Assembly (NCBI GenBank): GCA_904063045.1
Contig: CAJFCJ010000002.1
Location: forward strand, 3,095,891 to 3,159,890
Length of the DNA: 64,000 nt
Direction: 5' to 3'
DNA from: Dimorphilus gyrociliatus
Taxonomy: Eukaryota; Animalia; Annelida
In this document: one piece after another, positions 13,101 through 25,275 of the stretch
How the letters are laid out: each line of letters opens with the position of its first letter
Numbering within the stretch: the stretch's first letter is position 1
Translations under genes and position numbers: made by a program
The notes under the pieces: generated by a model
The model's input: the letters and a program-made list of their open reading frames with translations, nothing else
Told to the model about the DNA's origin: nothing
Database searches by the model: none

Positions 13101-16100
13101 TCTTTGGCATAGATCAGTTTTAATGCTGGAACAATTAGCTATCGATGGATCTTCTAACAACATTCGCCGTCAACAAACTGAATATGAATTTGAAGTGGGC
13201 ATGAGCACGGGTCAGAATGAAGTGTTTGACTGTCTCTGTGAATTGTATTCATTGCTAAGAGAGGAAGATATGGTAGTTGGAATATGGTCTAAACGGGCCA
13301 AATATCCTGAAACTGTTCAAGCTCTAGCTTACGAACAGCATGGTCACTTTGAACATGCACAAACATCGTTCGAAAGCTGTATGAATAAAGCTAGACAAGA
13401 ACATAATACTCAAAATTGTAGTTTGCAACAATGCCCCGAATATAACTTGTGGATACAACATTGGATACGGTGTGCGAAAGAGCTGAATCAATGGGAACAA
13501 CTGCTCGAATTCTGTAACGTCAAAGGTCAAGTTAATCCTGAATTAGCAATGGAGTGCGCCTGGCATGTACCTAATTGGATAATAATGAAAGATGCTATTA
13601 CTCAAGTGGACGGAAATTGCGCAAAGGAGATGAACTGGAAAGTAAATTTATACAAGGGTTACGTACATGTGTGTACTCCTGAAGATCAGCCTTTCCAACC
13701 AGCTGTAAGTTTATTTTGTAATCTTTCAGCACGAACATAATATAATTTCTTTTTATGTAAGCAGCAAGTAGATAAATTTGTGGATGCCTGTGGTAACAAC
13801 GTAATAAGGGAGTGGCGAAGGCTGCCTCATATTGTTTCACACATTCACGTGCAATATTTGCAAGCCTCCCAACAAGTGATGGAGTTATACGAAGCATCTC
13901 AAATACATCAAAACTTACAAGCAAATGCTGCGACCACAAGAAGTGGTGCTGCACTCCATGATATGAAAGCTATTGTTAAAACTTGGAGAAATAGATTACC
14001 TATGATTTCAGATGACTTATCTCACTGGAGCGATATATTCACATGGAGGCATCATCATTATCAGTACATAGTGAATCACTATAACGCACAGGCTCAGCAA
14101 GATACTGTAAGATAAATTTATTTTATTTTATAATGAGATAAACCAAATAATTTTCATTTTGTTTCAGTCTCAAAGTTCAAATGCGATGCTTGGTGTTCAC
14201 GCATCAGCGCAAGCTATTATACATTTTGGTAAAATTGCTCGAAAACATTCACAGACTAATGTATGCCTTGATCAGCTTAGCAGGTGAGTTAACGAGACAA
14301 ATAACGTCAAAACCGATATACATGAGTTTGCTTGTTTGTACTAAAATTTTCCTCATCAACAGAATTCACACCATTGCCAGTGTTCCTATTGTTGACTGTT
14401 TTAACAAGATACGTCAACAAGTTAAATGCTATTTACAAATGTCATCTGTATTGGGTAAAAATGAATTACAAGAAGGATTGGAAGTTATTGAATCTACGAA
14501 CTTGAAATATTTTACTAAGGAGATGACAGCAGAATTTTATGCTTTGAAAGGAATGTTCCTTGCCCAAATAGGTCGTTCAGAAGATGCTAATAAAGCTTTT
14601 TCAGCTGCAGTTCAAATGCATGATTTCTTAGTGAAAGCATGGGCGCTATGGGGAGATTACCTGGAAGCTCTGTTTACGCGAGACAGAAATATTCAAGTCG
14701 GAGTTTCTGCTATAACATGTTTCCTCCACGCCTGTCGACACCAAAATGAAAGTAAATCAAGGAAATATTTGGCCAAAGTTCTATGGTTATTAACATTTGA
14801 TGAAGCCGAGAAACAAACACTTTCAGAGGCCGTTGAGAGATATAATGTAGGAGTTCCACCTATCCAATGGCTTACATGGATACCACAGCTTTTAACTTGT
14901 TTAATAAGGAATGAAGGAAAATTAATGCTAAATTTATTAACTCAAGTTGGCCGTATGTACCCGCAAGCCGTTTACTTTCCTATTCGAACTCTTTATTTGA
15001 CTTTAAAATTGGAACAAAGAGAAAGAGGTTAAACTCAATTCATTATCTTCAACAAAAATAATTTAAATTAAATTTTATTTACAGCTGCAAAAACTAGTGC
15101 TCCTCAAACACCAACGACACCACAAACACCTAATCCATTAAGCACTCAGCAACCAATAACTCCACAATCAGCTGAACCAAACGGAGGCCAAACTGCTCAG
15201 AGTGGCGCACCAATACGTGCGACTCCTTCAATGTGGCGTTGTTCTAAAATAATGCATAGTCAAAGAGAATCACATCCTTCTATTCTTAGCTCCTTAGAAG
15301 GCATCGTTGATCAATTTGTATGGTTTAGGGAACGATGGCATGAAGAAGTTCTCAGACAGTTACGTCAAGCTCTAGCCAAGTGTTACACTCTAGCATTTGA
15401 GAGTCGTCAAGTGGTGTCAGAAGCTAGTATCAGCCCACATACTCGAAATTTCATCAAAAAGATTGTATCGACCTTTGGTACTGGTCTCGAACAGGCTAAT
15501 ACCCCTGTTTCAAATCCTGGGTCTGCAGCTTCAGAATCTTTAGCTAGAAGAGCTCAACTATCTCGACAAGATCCAGTATTTCAGAGAATGAAGCTACAAT
15601 TTACAACTGATTTTGATTTTTCTCAACCCTCTTGTACTAAATTACACACCGTTATGAACAAACTGAAGAAATGGATTAAAATTTTAGAAGCGAAGACAGT
15701 TTCGTTGCCCAAATCTCACCTTATTGAAGAAAAATGTCGTTTCTTGAGTAATTTTTCTACCAGTACGGCTGAAGTGGAATTACCAGGCGAATTTTTGCTG
15801 CCAAAAGCCTCTCATTCGCATTATTATGTTAGAATTGCTCGATTTATGCCTACAGTTCAAATTGTTGATAAATATGGAACAGCAGCCAGAAGAATATATA
15901 TAAGGGGTCAGAATGGAAAGATATATCCATACTTAGTTGTAAGCGATAGAATGATGACCGAATCAAGACGAGAGGAGAGGGTTTTGCAACTATTAAGAAT
16001 GCTCAATCATTTTCTTTATAAACAAAAGGTAATTGGAATATCTTTATTTAAATTGGTTTTTTTAATTTAGGTTTTTTTTTCATGTTTTGCAGGAGACTTG

Positions 16101-17108
16101 CAGGCGATTGTTGAATTTCACCGTACCAAGAGTTGTTGCTGTATCACCTCATACACAACTCATAGAAGATAATCTATCTTCCATTTCTCTTTCTCATGTA
16201 TATAAACAACTGTGTATGAAAAGGGGAGTTGAGGCCGACCTTCCAATAGTAAGATACTATGAGAGAGTAGCAACAGTTCAAGCCAGGGGTAACTCGGCTT
16301 CTCATCAAGTTCTACGAGAAATCCTAAAGGAAGTACAAAATAATACTGTTCCAAAAACTCTTTTGAAAGAATGGGCTCTTGAAATCTTACCAAATGCCAC
16401 AGAATTTTGGACATTTAGGAAAAATCTTACTTTACAACTGGCTTTGGCTGGTTTAGCAGAATTTGTTTTGCATTTAACAAGAACAAATATAGATATGATG
16501 TACGTTCACCAAGACAGTGGATTCCTGAGTATCTCCTATTTTAAATTCGATGTCGACGATCAAAGTGGAGACTTGCATTCAAATAGACCAGTTCCATTTA
16601 GATTAACACCCAATATAGCTGAATTATTGGCCCCAACTGGTGTCAATGGCCCACTTGCAGCTGCAATGCTAGCAGCTGCAAGGTGCTTTGTACAACCTCA
16701 ATATAAATTCTCAGCTCTACTCAAAGCAATTCTAAGAGATGAATATATTACTTGGCATAAAAAGGTAACTTTTTTGTTATTTTGTTCTGTTAGAGTATCA
16801 TTAAAACTTTTATTATATCTAAATAGCAACAAGATGAAAGAAATCCTGGAGCCCAGCCCGTAGATATGGAAGGTGAAGTACTAATTCAAATGGTTCAAAA
16901 AGCTACCAGTGCCATAACAACACGTCTTCAAAGTAAGCCTAAATAATAGTTACTCTAGGAAAATTTATATAAATTGTAATTGTTAAATTTCAATTAAGGT
17001 TTGGCGTCATTGGACGGTGCAGATTCAAAAGTAAGCACACTAGTTGCGGCTGCTAACAGTCTGGATAATCTCTGTAGAATGGATCCAGCTTGGCATCCTT
17101 GGTTATAA
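4191..17108 (+). CDS. TRRAP: Transformation/transcription domain-associated protein (PIKK pseudokinase scaffold of SAGA and NuA4/TIP60), complete, about 27 exons
   Basis: Exons join in frame via GT-AG introns from MAAHLAQTSDACRQY to FATC ..DNLCRMDPAWHPWL*. Hallmarks: ENEENVLICLRIIIE-type, VSQGLRTLELCVDNLQPDFLY, FAT region, and pseudokinase segment LHLTRTNIDMMYVHQDSG..YFKFD lacking the PIKK catalytic D/N/DFG. One exon (7304-12541) is 5238 nt. Confidence 0.98.
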
Positions 17109-17252
17109 AATTGACTCTATTATTGTTCGAAACCATATTACACTTTTTATGTGATGTTTGTAAATGTATATTAGTGAAAATATGTTGTATATCTTGTGAT
17201 AAAGTTTTTATTTTGCAAACATTTAAATAAATTAAGCCGGAATCTATCTATT

Positions 17253-17257
<5 letters not shown>

Positions 17258-17297
<40 letters not shown>
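17258..17297. repeat. (AT)20 microsatellite in the TRRAP 3' region
   Basis: Perfect AT run, followed by degenerate TATA(C/G) units to about 17410. Confidence 0.95.
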
Positions 17298-17306
<9 letters not shown>

Positions 17307-17730
17307 CTGTATATAGACTGTATATGTTTGGTGTATGCAGCATAAGTATATACAAACATATAAATATACTTGTATATATATTGTATATGTACAGACGATA
17401 CAATATATATATTTAAAAGATTATCTATGAATAAATTTTATCTCATTGTTATTCTTGACATTATGAATATTCAATTTTCATTCACTATACAGTTTACAAA
17501 GCTTCTTTAATATTTTTCATTTTATTATGATTTATGATAAAGCATCGACTATTAAAAATCATTGAAAGAAAGCTTATTTGTTTTTATTTGATTATTATTA
17601 AAAGCTATTTAATGGCTAAGATGATTTTTCTTTCTTTTTGATTTCAACTGCTAAAAAACAAATTAATTACTTCTCTAAATACAGTTACGCCCTTTAAAAT
17701 ATTTAAACAACTATACTATTGGGCCTATAA

Positions 17731-19089
17731 TCATAATGAAAAGTTCCTTGTAATTAGATTATTGTTGTTATCGACAAAATAGAGGATAACTTGATCTTTC
17801 AATACTTTGTTAAATGCTAAACGAAAGTTTCTAAGCTTCTTTCCAATTTTGTAGGCAGTACCCTCAAGATTAGAAGGATTGACGAGAAATATTAAATCTT
17901 TGTTCGATAAACAACAATACCCTTCTTTTAGTTTCGGTATAAGATTGTCTTGAATTGATAAATCATATTTCGTTTCTAACTCAACATTAGCGTACAAGAA
18001 TGATTTGTCATTTATTCGGACGACTAAGATGCTCGTATCTTCCAGCAATAAAATCAATTGATCGTCGACAAGTTTTGAATCTACAATATCCAGATCGTCG
18101 TCAATACTGAATTCCCATATAATATCAAATTTCGAATCGAGATGAACAATTTTTCCTGACATAGTAAGAATAACTCCGCTGTTAACGCAGAATATATTTG
18201 TCCATCCTTTTTCGGTAGAAAATTTTTCTCGTAATTGATACTTAACCCCTCTCTTTCCTAAACTATATAGTAATAGTTTCTCAACATCGAACAAATAGAT
18301 AGATGATTTTGAATGTGATTCACTTGCTAATTTTACGGTTTTGCATCCGCAATTATCCAATGTTACAAGATTATTCGGTTGCTTACCATTTTCTAATTGA
18401 AAAACAGAATATTTTTCTTTTAAAGCATGTTCAAGGACTAGAACCAAAATTGATTGCCTGAATGAGCAAATTTGTTTGATTTCACCATCGAATGAAGTGG
18501 TTTTCTCGTGATCCGAATGAGATAATGACCCAATAGAGAATCTCTGCTGAAAATCATTCATGTCAAACTTCAATTGTCGTTTCATTATATTAGCCACGCC
18601 CATCCTTAATCTATCTTCTATATCTTTAGCATACTTCTTACTAAGCTCATTACTTAGAGTTAAACCTTGATAATCTACAAAGCTCTGCTGGTATTCTTTC
18701 AATTTCTCGTGTAGATTGTAGTAATAATCACCAACCTCTTTATTCAAAATTTTCACTTGTTCATCCATCTTCTTCTCAAGAGCTTTCTGATGACCAACGA
18801 TCTTCTTAAGGACATTTTCTTTCTCAATTATTAAATTCTGTGTTTCTTCCTTCATAAAGATCTCAAAATCTATTTTGTTCCTTTCAAGACTCGATATTGT
18901 TACACTTGGCCATTCAACAAGTTTCTGACAAAGAGGACACTCTAATCGATCTAAATGTTTGTACTTGCTACTTTCCTTCATCAATTTTAGACAATCAGAA
19001 CAAAATCCATGAGTATTATCACAAGGAAGAACAAAAATATCATCAAGAATCTTATCGCAAAAACGGCAAATTTGATTTAAATCAGACAT
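17731..19089 (-). CDS. Intronless RING (C3HC4) - coiled coil - probable beta-propeller protein, TRIM-like without B-box, 452 aa
   Basis: C-x2-C-x11-C-x3-H-x2-C-x2-C-x17-C-x2-C at the N-terminus; E/K/Q/L-rich helical segment; C-terminal ~250 aa of short beta-strand-like repeats (IYLFDVE, LLLYSLG, IVHLDSKFDIIWEF). The propeller fold is inferred. Confidence 0.8.
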   Translation of the reverse strand: MSDLNQICRFCDKILDDIFVLPCDNTHGFCSDCLKLMKESSKYKHLDRLECPLCQKLVEWPSVTISSLERNKIDFEIFMKEETQNLIIEKENVLKKIVGHQKALEKKMDEQVKILNKEVGDYYYNLHEKLKEYQQSFVDYQGLTLSNELSKKYAKDIEDRLRMGVANIMKRQLKFDMNDFQQRFSIGSLSHSDHEKTTSFDGEIKQICSFRQSILVLVLEHALKEKYSVFQLENGKQPNNLVTLDNCGCKTVKLASESHSKSSIYLFDVEKLLLYSLGKRGVKYQLREKFSTEKGWTNIFCVNSGVILTMSGKIVHLDSKFDIIWEFSIDDDLDIVDSKLVDDQLILLLEDTSILVVRINDKSFLYANVELETKYDLSIQDNLIPKLKEGYCCLSNKDLIFLVNPSNLEGTAYKIGKKLRNFRLAFNKVLKDQVILYFVDNNNNLITRNFSL

Positions 19090-19262
19090 GTTTAAACCTC
19101 TTGCTTTGGTGGATTTTTACAAACTGACAGACAGCCTCTCGATAAATCTCTTTACAAATAGACAACATATCATATAAAGGCTTATACATCCGTAATGGAT
19201 ATTTGAGAACCATAAAAAATAATGAATATACTATATGCTTTTTATAGATTTAGACTTTTTAT

Positions 19263-20762
19263 TTATATAACATTACCTCTAAAATGTCTAACAATTAAGA
19301 TATTATTAGTAGTAATGATGTAAAAAATGACACCTCTTACGGTCAAATGGTAATCAAATTGTTTACAATTGTGAAAAACTTTATCAAACGGATAAACAGT
19401 ATCTAAGCGTTTGTTTACGTTAACAACATGAATAAATTCACAATTTTCATTCAGAAGGATACTTCCATTGCATAGAGGATAAACTATTTGTTTTTGAAAT
19501 GAAATTATATCATTTGCAGGTTCGTTTCTATCGAAATGGGTGGAGGTAGAATGAAGTCTTAGAATAGTGCCATTTTCCAATAAAAGTATTAAATCAGAAG
19601 TTGAATTGCATCTCATATCGATAATTCTATTTTTGAAATATGATGTTGTATATAATTTTTTGAATTGTTTCGTATTCCATTTTTCTATAAGTTTACAATT
19701 ATTTCTCAATATATAGAGATAATTTTCAGATGATTTCAATGCGTTTACTACGCCATCTGTTGTTGGAATAGACTGAATGTTTTCTAATTCATAACTATCT
19801 TTATTCTGTTGTAAAGTCTTTACATTGTTTTCAGTTTGTAAGAGTCGCATTAGATTCATTTTAGGACTAATTTTCATAAGAAATAGACAATCGCTAGCTG
19901 ACAGTTTGTACGTAGATTCAGAATTCTCTTTCCATTGTATAATTGATAAATTATCGCCGTTCCATTGAGCTTTTCTCGAAATCCTGTATAAGTACTGATT
20001 ATTCGAAAGGTCCTCTTTAGTTAAAGTATAAAAAGCATCTTTTGAACAAGTGATATCTTGAACAAGGCCATCATAGGTGTATTGGCAATCCAGACCATTA
20101 AACGTACTCATAGTCTTTGTTAGATGACCTAAATCGATTGAATTTGTCTTAACAAATCTTATTGAATAATTGAGAATTGATTCTAAATGATCAATTAAGC
20201 GAGTTTGGGTTTCTTTCAAACTAAAATTATCTTGATTATTAGAAGAGATCAGTTGAAAATCTCTAAGCGAATTTAATAAAACATTCAAATCCATGTCTTT
20301 ATTCTTATAGAACTTTTCAAGATTTCTTCTAAGCATATCCCGCTTAACTTTTAATCTTTCGGTAAGACGTTCTAGTTCTCTATCAATCAAAATCAACTCT
20401 AATTCTTTTCTTTTATGAAGATCATCTAAGACAAAGATTACTTCTTGTTTCATCTGTTCACAAATCTCATTCCAGTAATTATCATTCCTTCTCTCGCAAA
20501 TGGGATTTAGTAGTAATGATAAAACTGTTTTATTCAGCTCACTCCAATTATGTTCATTATTACATAACGTACAACGGAATTTATCATTAATTGTCATTCG
20601 ACTAGTTCGTATTAGCCGTTCAAAGCATTTTAAGCATAGAAGACGAGTTGAATCGCAAGGTAGACAACATAAATATTCATCAAAATTAGTAACTTTACAA
20701 ATTGAACATATTTGATGATAAATATCCTCTTTCATATCGTATCCTTCATTATGGTAGGCCAT
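19263..20762 (-). CDS. Intronless paralogue: degenerate RING - coiled coil - probable beta-propeller, 499 aa
   Basis: C-x2-C-x13-C-x3-R-x2-C-x2-C-x17-C-x2-C (Arg at the His position); coiled coil ELELILIDRELERLTERLKVKRDMLRRNLE; strand-rich C-terminus. AATAAA follows the stop on the - strand. Confidence 0.8.
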   Translation of the reverse strand: MAYHNEGYDMKEDIYHQICSICKVTNFDEYLCCLPCDSTRLLCLKCFERLIRTSRMTINDKFRCTLCNNEHNWSELNKTVLSLLLNPICERRNDNYWNEICEQMKQEVIFVLDDLHKRKELELILIDRELERLTERLKVKRDMLRRNLEKFYKNKDMDLNVLLNSLRDFQLISSNNQDNFSLKETQTRLIDHLESILNYSIRFVKTNSIDLGHLTKTMSTFNGLDCQYTYDGLVQDITCSKDAFYTLTKEDLSNNQYLYRISRKAQWNGDNLSIIQWKENSESTYKLSASDCLFLMKISPKMNLMRLLQTENNVKTLQQNKDSYELENIQSIPTTDGVVNALKSSENYLYILRNNCKLIEKWNTKQFKKLYTTSYFKNRIIDMRCNSTSDLILLLENGTILRLHSTSTHFDRNEPANDIISFQKQIVYPLCNGSILLNENCEFIHVVNVNKRLDTVYPFDKVFHNCKQFDYHLTVRGVIFYIITTNNILIVRHFRGNVI

Positions 20763-21733
20763 AGTTTATTTCCAAAAAAATATGGTGGAGAATTTTGATC
20801 ATATACTACCTCTATTACAGTATTAAACAATATTAGTCGTATCTAATCTCCAATAGAATAAAAAAAAGAGTTCAAGTACAATAAACTGATAAAAAGAAAT
20901 ATGATTTAGTATCTAAGCTCTGTTTTCCTATGAAAAATTGAATTATTAATATACAAAGAGAAAGAAAGAGCGAGTGAATAACAGAATGAAAGAAAGAAAA
21001 GATAAATGAATAAGATAAAGGAGGTCATTCTTAAATTTTATTGACTTTTTCTTGGCTTTTCCGTATTAAAAATACTCGAAATAAAGGATTTTACTTGACT
21101 ACCATATTTGGATATTTTTTTCAACTTGAATACACTGATTATTTTCCTCAGTTTTACACATTTAAACATATCAGGTTAAGTCTGCAGGGCATATTTTTTT
21201 GTTACGAGATTTGTTCTCCAATTTCAGTTGGATGTTTTTACCTAACATCTGGCTTTTTTTATAAGTCTTATACAATGAATTGTTGTTTTGAACATAAGGG
21301 AGGGGTGGGGGTGGAGGAAGGAGGGGAAAACCTTTAAAATGTTTTTAATATTCATTATTTATACATTACCTAATCCCTTTCTTATCTCTCTTTCTCTCTC
21401 TGTCTTCCCCTCTGTCTCCCTCTCTCTTTATCTATCTCTTGCCTTTGTCTATAAATTCTCAATTTCGTTTAAAGCCAGACGAGTCGTATAGAGCGTATTA
21501 CGTCATAATTTATCTGGGAAATCGTATATTTTGTCATCTCTCGTTTACTAGATACGAATTAATGGAATTTTAAATTAACCTTGGTCATTATATAACGTTT
21601 AAAAATATTTGTAAGATATATTTAATAACAAATTGTTAGATTCTTTATGAATGGGAAAAGTCAATATTCTTTTACTATAAATAATAATAATAATAGTAAT
21701 AGCAATAACAATAATAACGTATAATTGATAATT

Positions 21734-24483
21734 ATGAAAACAAAAAGCTCTCCTATTAGAAGAAAGCTTAAAGCTTCGACGAGATTGAATACAAATAATT
21801 TGACAATGATTAGTCAAGGATCGCTAAATCGTTTAATTAATAGAGAAGAGAAAGTTGAGATTACGTTACCTAATCTTCTAAAGTCAGCGTGTACTAATAA
21901 AGTACAAATGATAAAGGAAAATCATGACGGAGAGGCGGATAATAATCTGTAATAAAATAGTTTAAATTATTTCTTCAATTCTTAAAGTTAATTGAATTTA
22001 TTTTCATTAAAAAAAAAAGACGTAACGCAGACATCTGTAAAGGATGGGAGAGTGTAACAAAGGGATCAAATTTATGCAGGAATGAGAATGCGTTTCTGCC
22101 ACCGTTCCAACTAAATCACAACCATATGCAAGAATGCTTACAAGATAAAAAACAGAGTTTTCAATCAAATAATAACAAACAAACGAACAAGATCGATTCC
22201 TATCACCATCAATCTTTGAAATGTGTTAATAATCCATATAAATTAACAAACTATGAAAATTCTCCTAAAATTCATCGTATTAATAAGTTATTTGACTGCA
22301 AATCGCAAACACCAACATGCGAATCTTTTGTATCAAGTAAAGCTATTGAATATTCTTGCATTGATGAACCTATACTATGGAGGTTAAATAAAACGAAAGA
22401 TTTTTTCTATGGTAACAATACCTTACGTAATAAAAAACGCCCCGTAGAGATGAATTCAATCGCATCAAAAATATCATGCGGATGTGAATGTCTGGATAAT
22501 AAATATTGGTCAACATTCAATTTAGCTGAATGGAGTAAAAATTGTAAGAATATCGACGAATTTATTAGGTTAAAGGAGAGAAAGAAAGAGAAGAGTTTAC
22601 TAAATGAACTTGTAGAGAGAAGGGGAAATGGTAGGAGGCGCGGGACGGGACTGAATTGGGAAATTTAGGATAAAAAATGTAACAGAATATCAACTTTTTT
22701 CTCTCCTTCATCGATTTTCTAAATAGCTTTAAAGATTTTAATGAAAATAGAAAAAACGATTTATTTACTAACGAGCTGTCAGAATCTGCTATTAATAAAG
22801 AGGAATTTATAAAAACAAATTCACTGATTGACAGTAAAGAAGAGCAGAAATCATCCAATCTTCCTTTGATAACTATCTCAAAACATGATAAAAATGTTAA
22901 AGATGAATGTGTACATAGTAATGAGAATATAGGTATTGAAATTAGGAAAAATAGTTCATATTCAAAGAACTTGTCGAAATTCTGGAAAAACTTAATAGAT
23001 AAGATAAAAAGTTCAACCAAAAATAATACAAATTCTCATCAGCATATGAGTAAAAAATTACGGCTACCCATTCAAATAACACCGACTGAAATTTCTTGGC
23101 AATTTTCACATGTAACTACGCCATCTACCGACGAACTTGATGCCTTATCTTTATCTGACGACAAAGATACTTATTGTGAGAATACAGATAATAAAAATAC
23201 TGATTTATTAATACAAATGAAATTTGTATTGAAGATAACGCATTATGATTTTGGTTGTTTGGAAAAAGTTACTAAAAATAAAGGAAACTTTTTAATTAGT
23301 ATTAAAGAGAAAATAAGGATGATATCAATTGATAAAAATAGGAAGATACTATCAAATAGAGTAGTTAATAGGTTGGTAAACGATGAAGAAAGTTACCTTT
23401 CTCTTTCTGATAGTTTTCTGTCACAAACCACTGATATTGTATCATCGAGAACGGAGAGTGAATTAAGAACTACGGAAGACGTCCTATCAAGCGATGGGGA
23501 GCAAGATGATAAGAATTATATAGAAGGTATCGACAACTCAGATATACAACCACGAGAAAGTCGAGCATATTCGTCAAACAGTCAGGGTTCGAACTCCTAC
23601 ACAGAACAGCGGTCTGGCGGTTTGATTTACGACGACCCCCTGCATTCGAAATACGAATCCAACAGCGATAAAGAATCCAGCAAACAGATTTCTATTCAAA
23701 CATACAACCTAGATTCGCCCAAATGTATAAAAGCAGAAAAAAAATGGATTAATGATAAGGATAATGATAACATTAACTTTGGATTTATTGGCAATAATCT
23801 CTTGACTCATACTTTAATCATAGCTTTCATAAATTCCAGTAAAAAAATTCCCACCAACCGTTAATCTGTTTTTATCATAGGGCTATTTAGTAATAAACTT
23901 CTCTCTTCTTTTCTAGGTTCCATACAAGGGATAAATATATACGTAAGCCATAGTGATTCTGATAGAATTATTCAAAAGGTATATATAGATATAATTACAT
24001 TTTCAATAAGCTAAGTTGATATTGTGCTCTTTTTCCATCTCTCTCTCTCTCTCTCTCTAATCTATGACTCAATTCTGATTTTAAAGAAGGGAATAAATAA
24101 ACTGGAATCTAGAAGTAAAGTAATCATCAATTCCGATGTACTTTTTATAACTTTTAGCGATTTTTATGATTCTCATTTACTAAAAGAGCTACCTGATTTA
24201 AATAGTTGTAATAAATTAATAGCAACAGTCAGTACTAGCAAGATGTCAGTTAGTTTGGCGGATATATGTAGAGTAAGTATAAACAACTACTTTATCAATA
24301 TAGATTTAACATCTTCTACATTCTTCCTTTCTCCCCACATTTTCCTGTAGTCATTGGACTTTCAGGGATGTCACTTACATATTTTAGTAAATCAAGCAAT
24401 AGTTGTAAATTGTGGTATTTCTATCATTATCCCAGGTAATTTTACTTGCATTTGATATTCTTATCAATGTTTGGGTAATCGTC

Positions 24484-24525
<42 letters not shown>

Positions 24526-25092
24526 TTCTCCCTCTCTCACTTAGGAACAGAAGTAACGGAATCAGATGTCTTATTGATTAAAGAATATTTCAATGTTTTC
24601 GGCATGACTATAACATGTAAAGAATTAAGTTTAGATGCTATACAAGCTTTAGTATTCGATGGAATAGCTTTAGTAAATCTTTTTTATACATTTTATTCAT
24701 TTTACAACGAAATAAATAATAAAGGAACAATTTTACCTTTTTCTTTTAATTCGTTGACTTATATAAGTGGGCTTACATAATAGAATCTTTAACTATGGCT
24801 GGTTCTCGGCAAGGAATTCCTAAAAGAGTATCATTAGAATCAATTTCTTACACCCTCTTGGTATTGTTATATTATGTATTATTCACACAAGTATTTTATG
24901 AAATGTAATTACCGAAAGGGTTCTTCAAAACTGTTAATGGAATCTAACGCCCAACCATCCGAATTAAAGGACGCTCTAGTCGGCCCCAACAACCCTTCAA
25001 TTAAAGGTTTATTTGAAATGGAAAAATGTCTTGTAAGGTCAACAATTATGAACGCCGTTGAAAAACTTGTAAATTCCTATAAGAAATTTTAA
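21734..25092 (+). CDS. Pyrroline-5-carboxylate reductase (PYCR/proC)-like protein with degenerate active site and ~600 aa N-terminal low-complexity extension; 9 exons, about 867 aa
   Basis: Exons 21734-21948, 22020-22568, 22727-23838, 23917-23978, 24087-24272, 24351-24435, 24545-24672, 24768-24860, 24919-25092; all GT-AG and phase-consistent, 2604 nt. The C-terminal ~265 aa (NINFGFIG..SDVLF..GTEVTESD..DAIQAL..GIPKRVSL..LLGSSKLLMESNAQPSELKDALVGP..FEMEK..RSTIMNAVE) is colinear with PYCR1. The first two exons are less certain. Confidence 0.85.
24038..24058. repeat. (CT)n microsatellite in a PYCR-like intron, serving as polypyrimidine tract
   Basis: TCTCTC run before the acceptor at 24086; a second (CT)n run lies at about 24487-24522 before the acceptor at 24544. 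Confidence 0.9.
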
Positions 25093-25275
25093 ATAGAGCA
25101 ATCTTTGGCGCCTCCTAACGATTCTTTTATCAAGAAATTGAATATTTAGTATGTCAATAGTTTATTTGTATTAATAACAATCCAACTGCAAAAGTATAAA
25201 ATATAAAACAAAAAAAATAAACAAAGGTATAAGAAAAAATACATATAAAAAAAATAGTTCACTACGAAGAGGATC

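Noticed and set aside
9190-16414. Short - strand ORFs in the track overlapping TRRAP (9190, 9574, 10945, 11386, 11788, 12394, 13324, 13598, 16160)
   Set aside because: Antisense shadows of long coding exons; no motifs or independent splice signals.
16087-16863. TRRAP kinase domain lacks catalytic residues
   Set aside because: Real but long established for TRRAP/Tra1; not novel.
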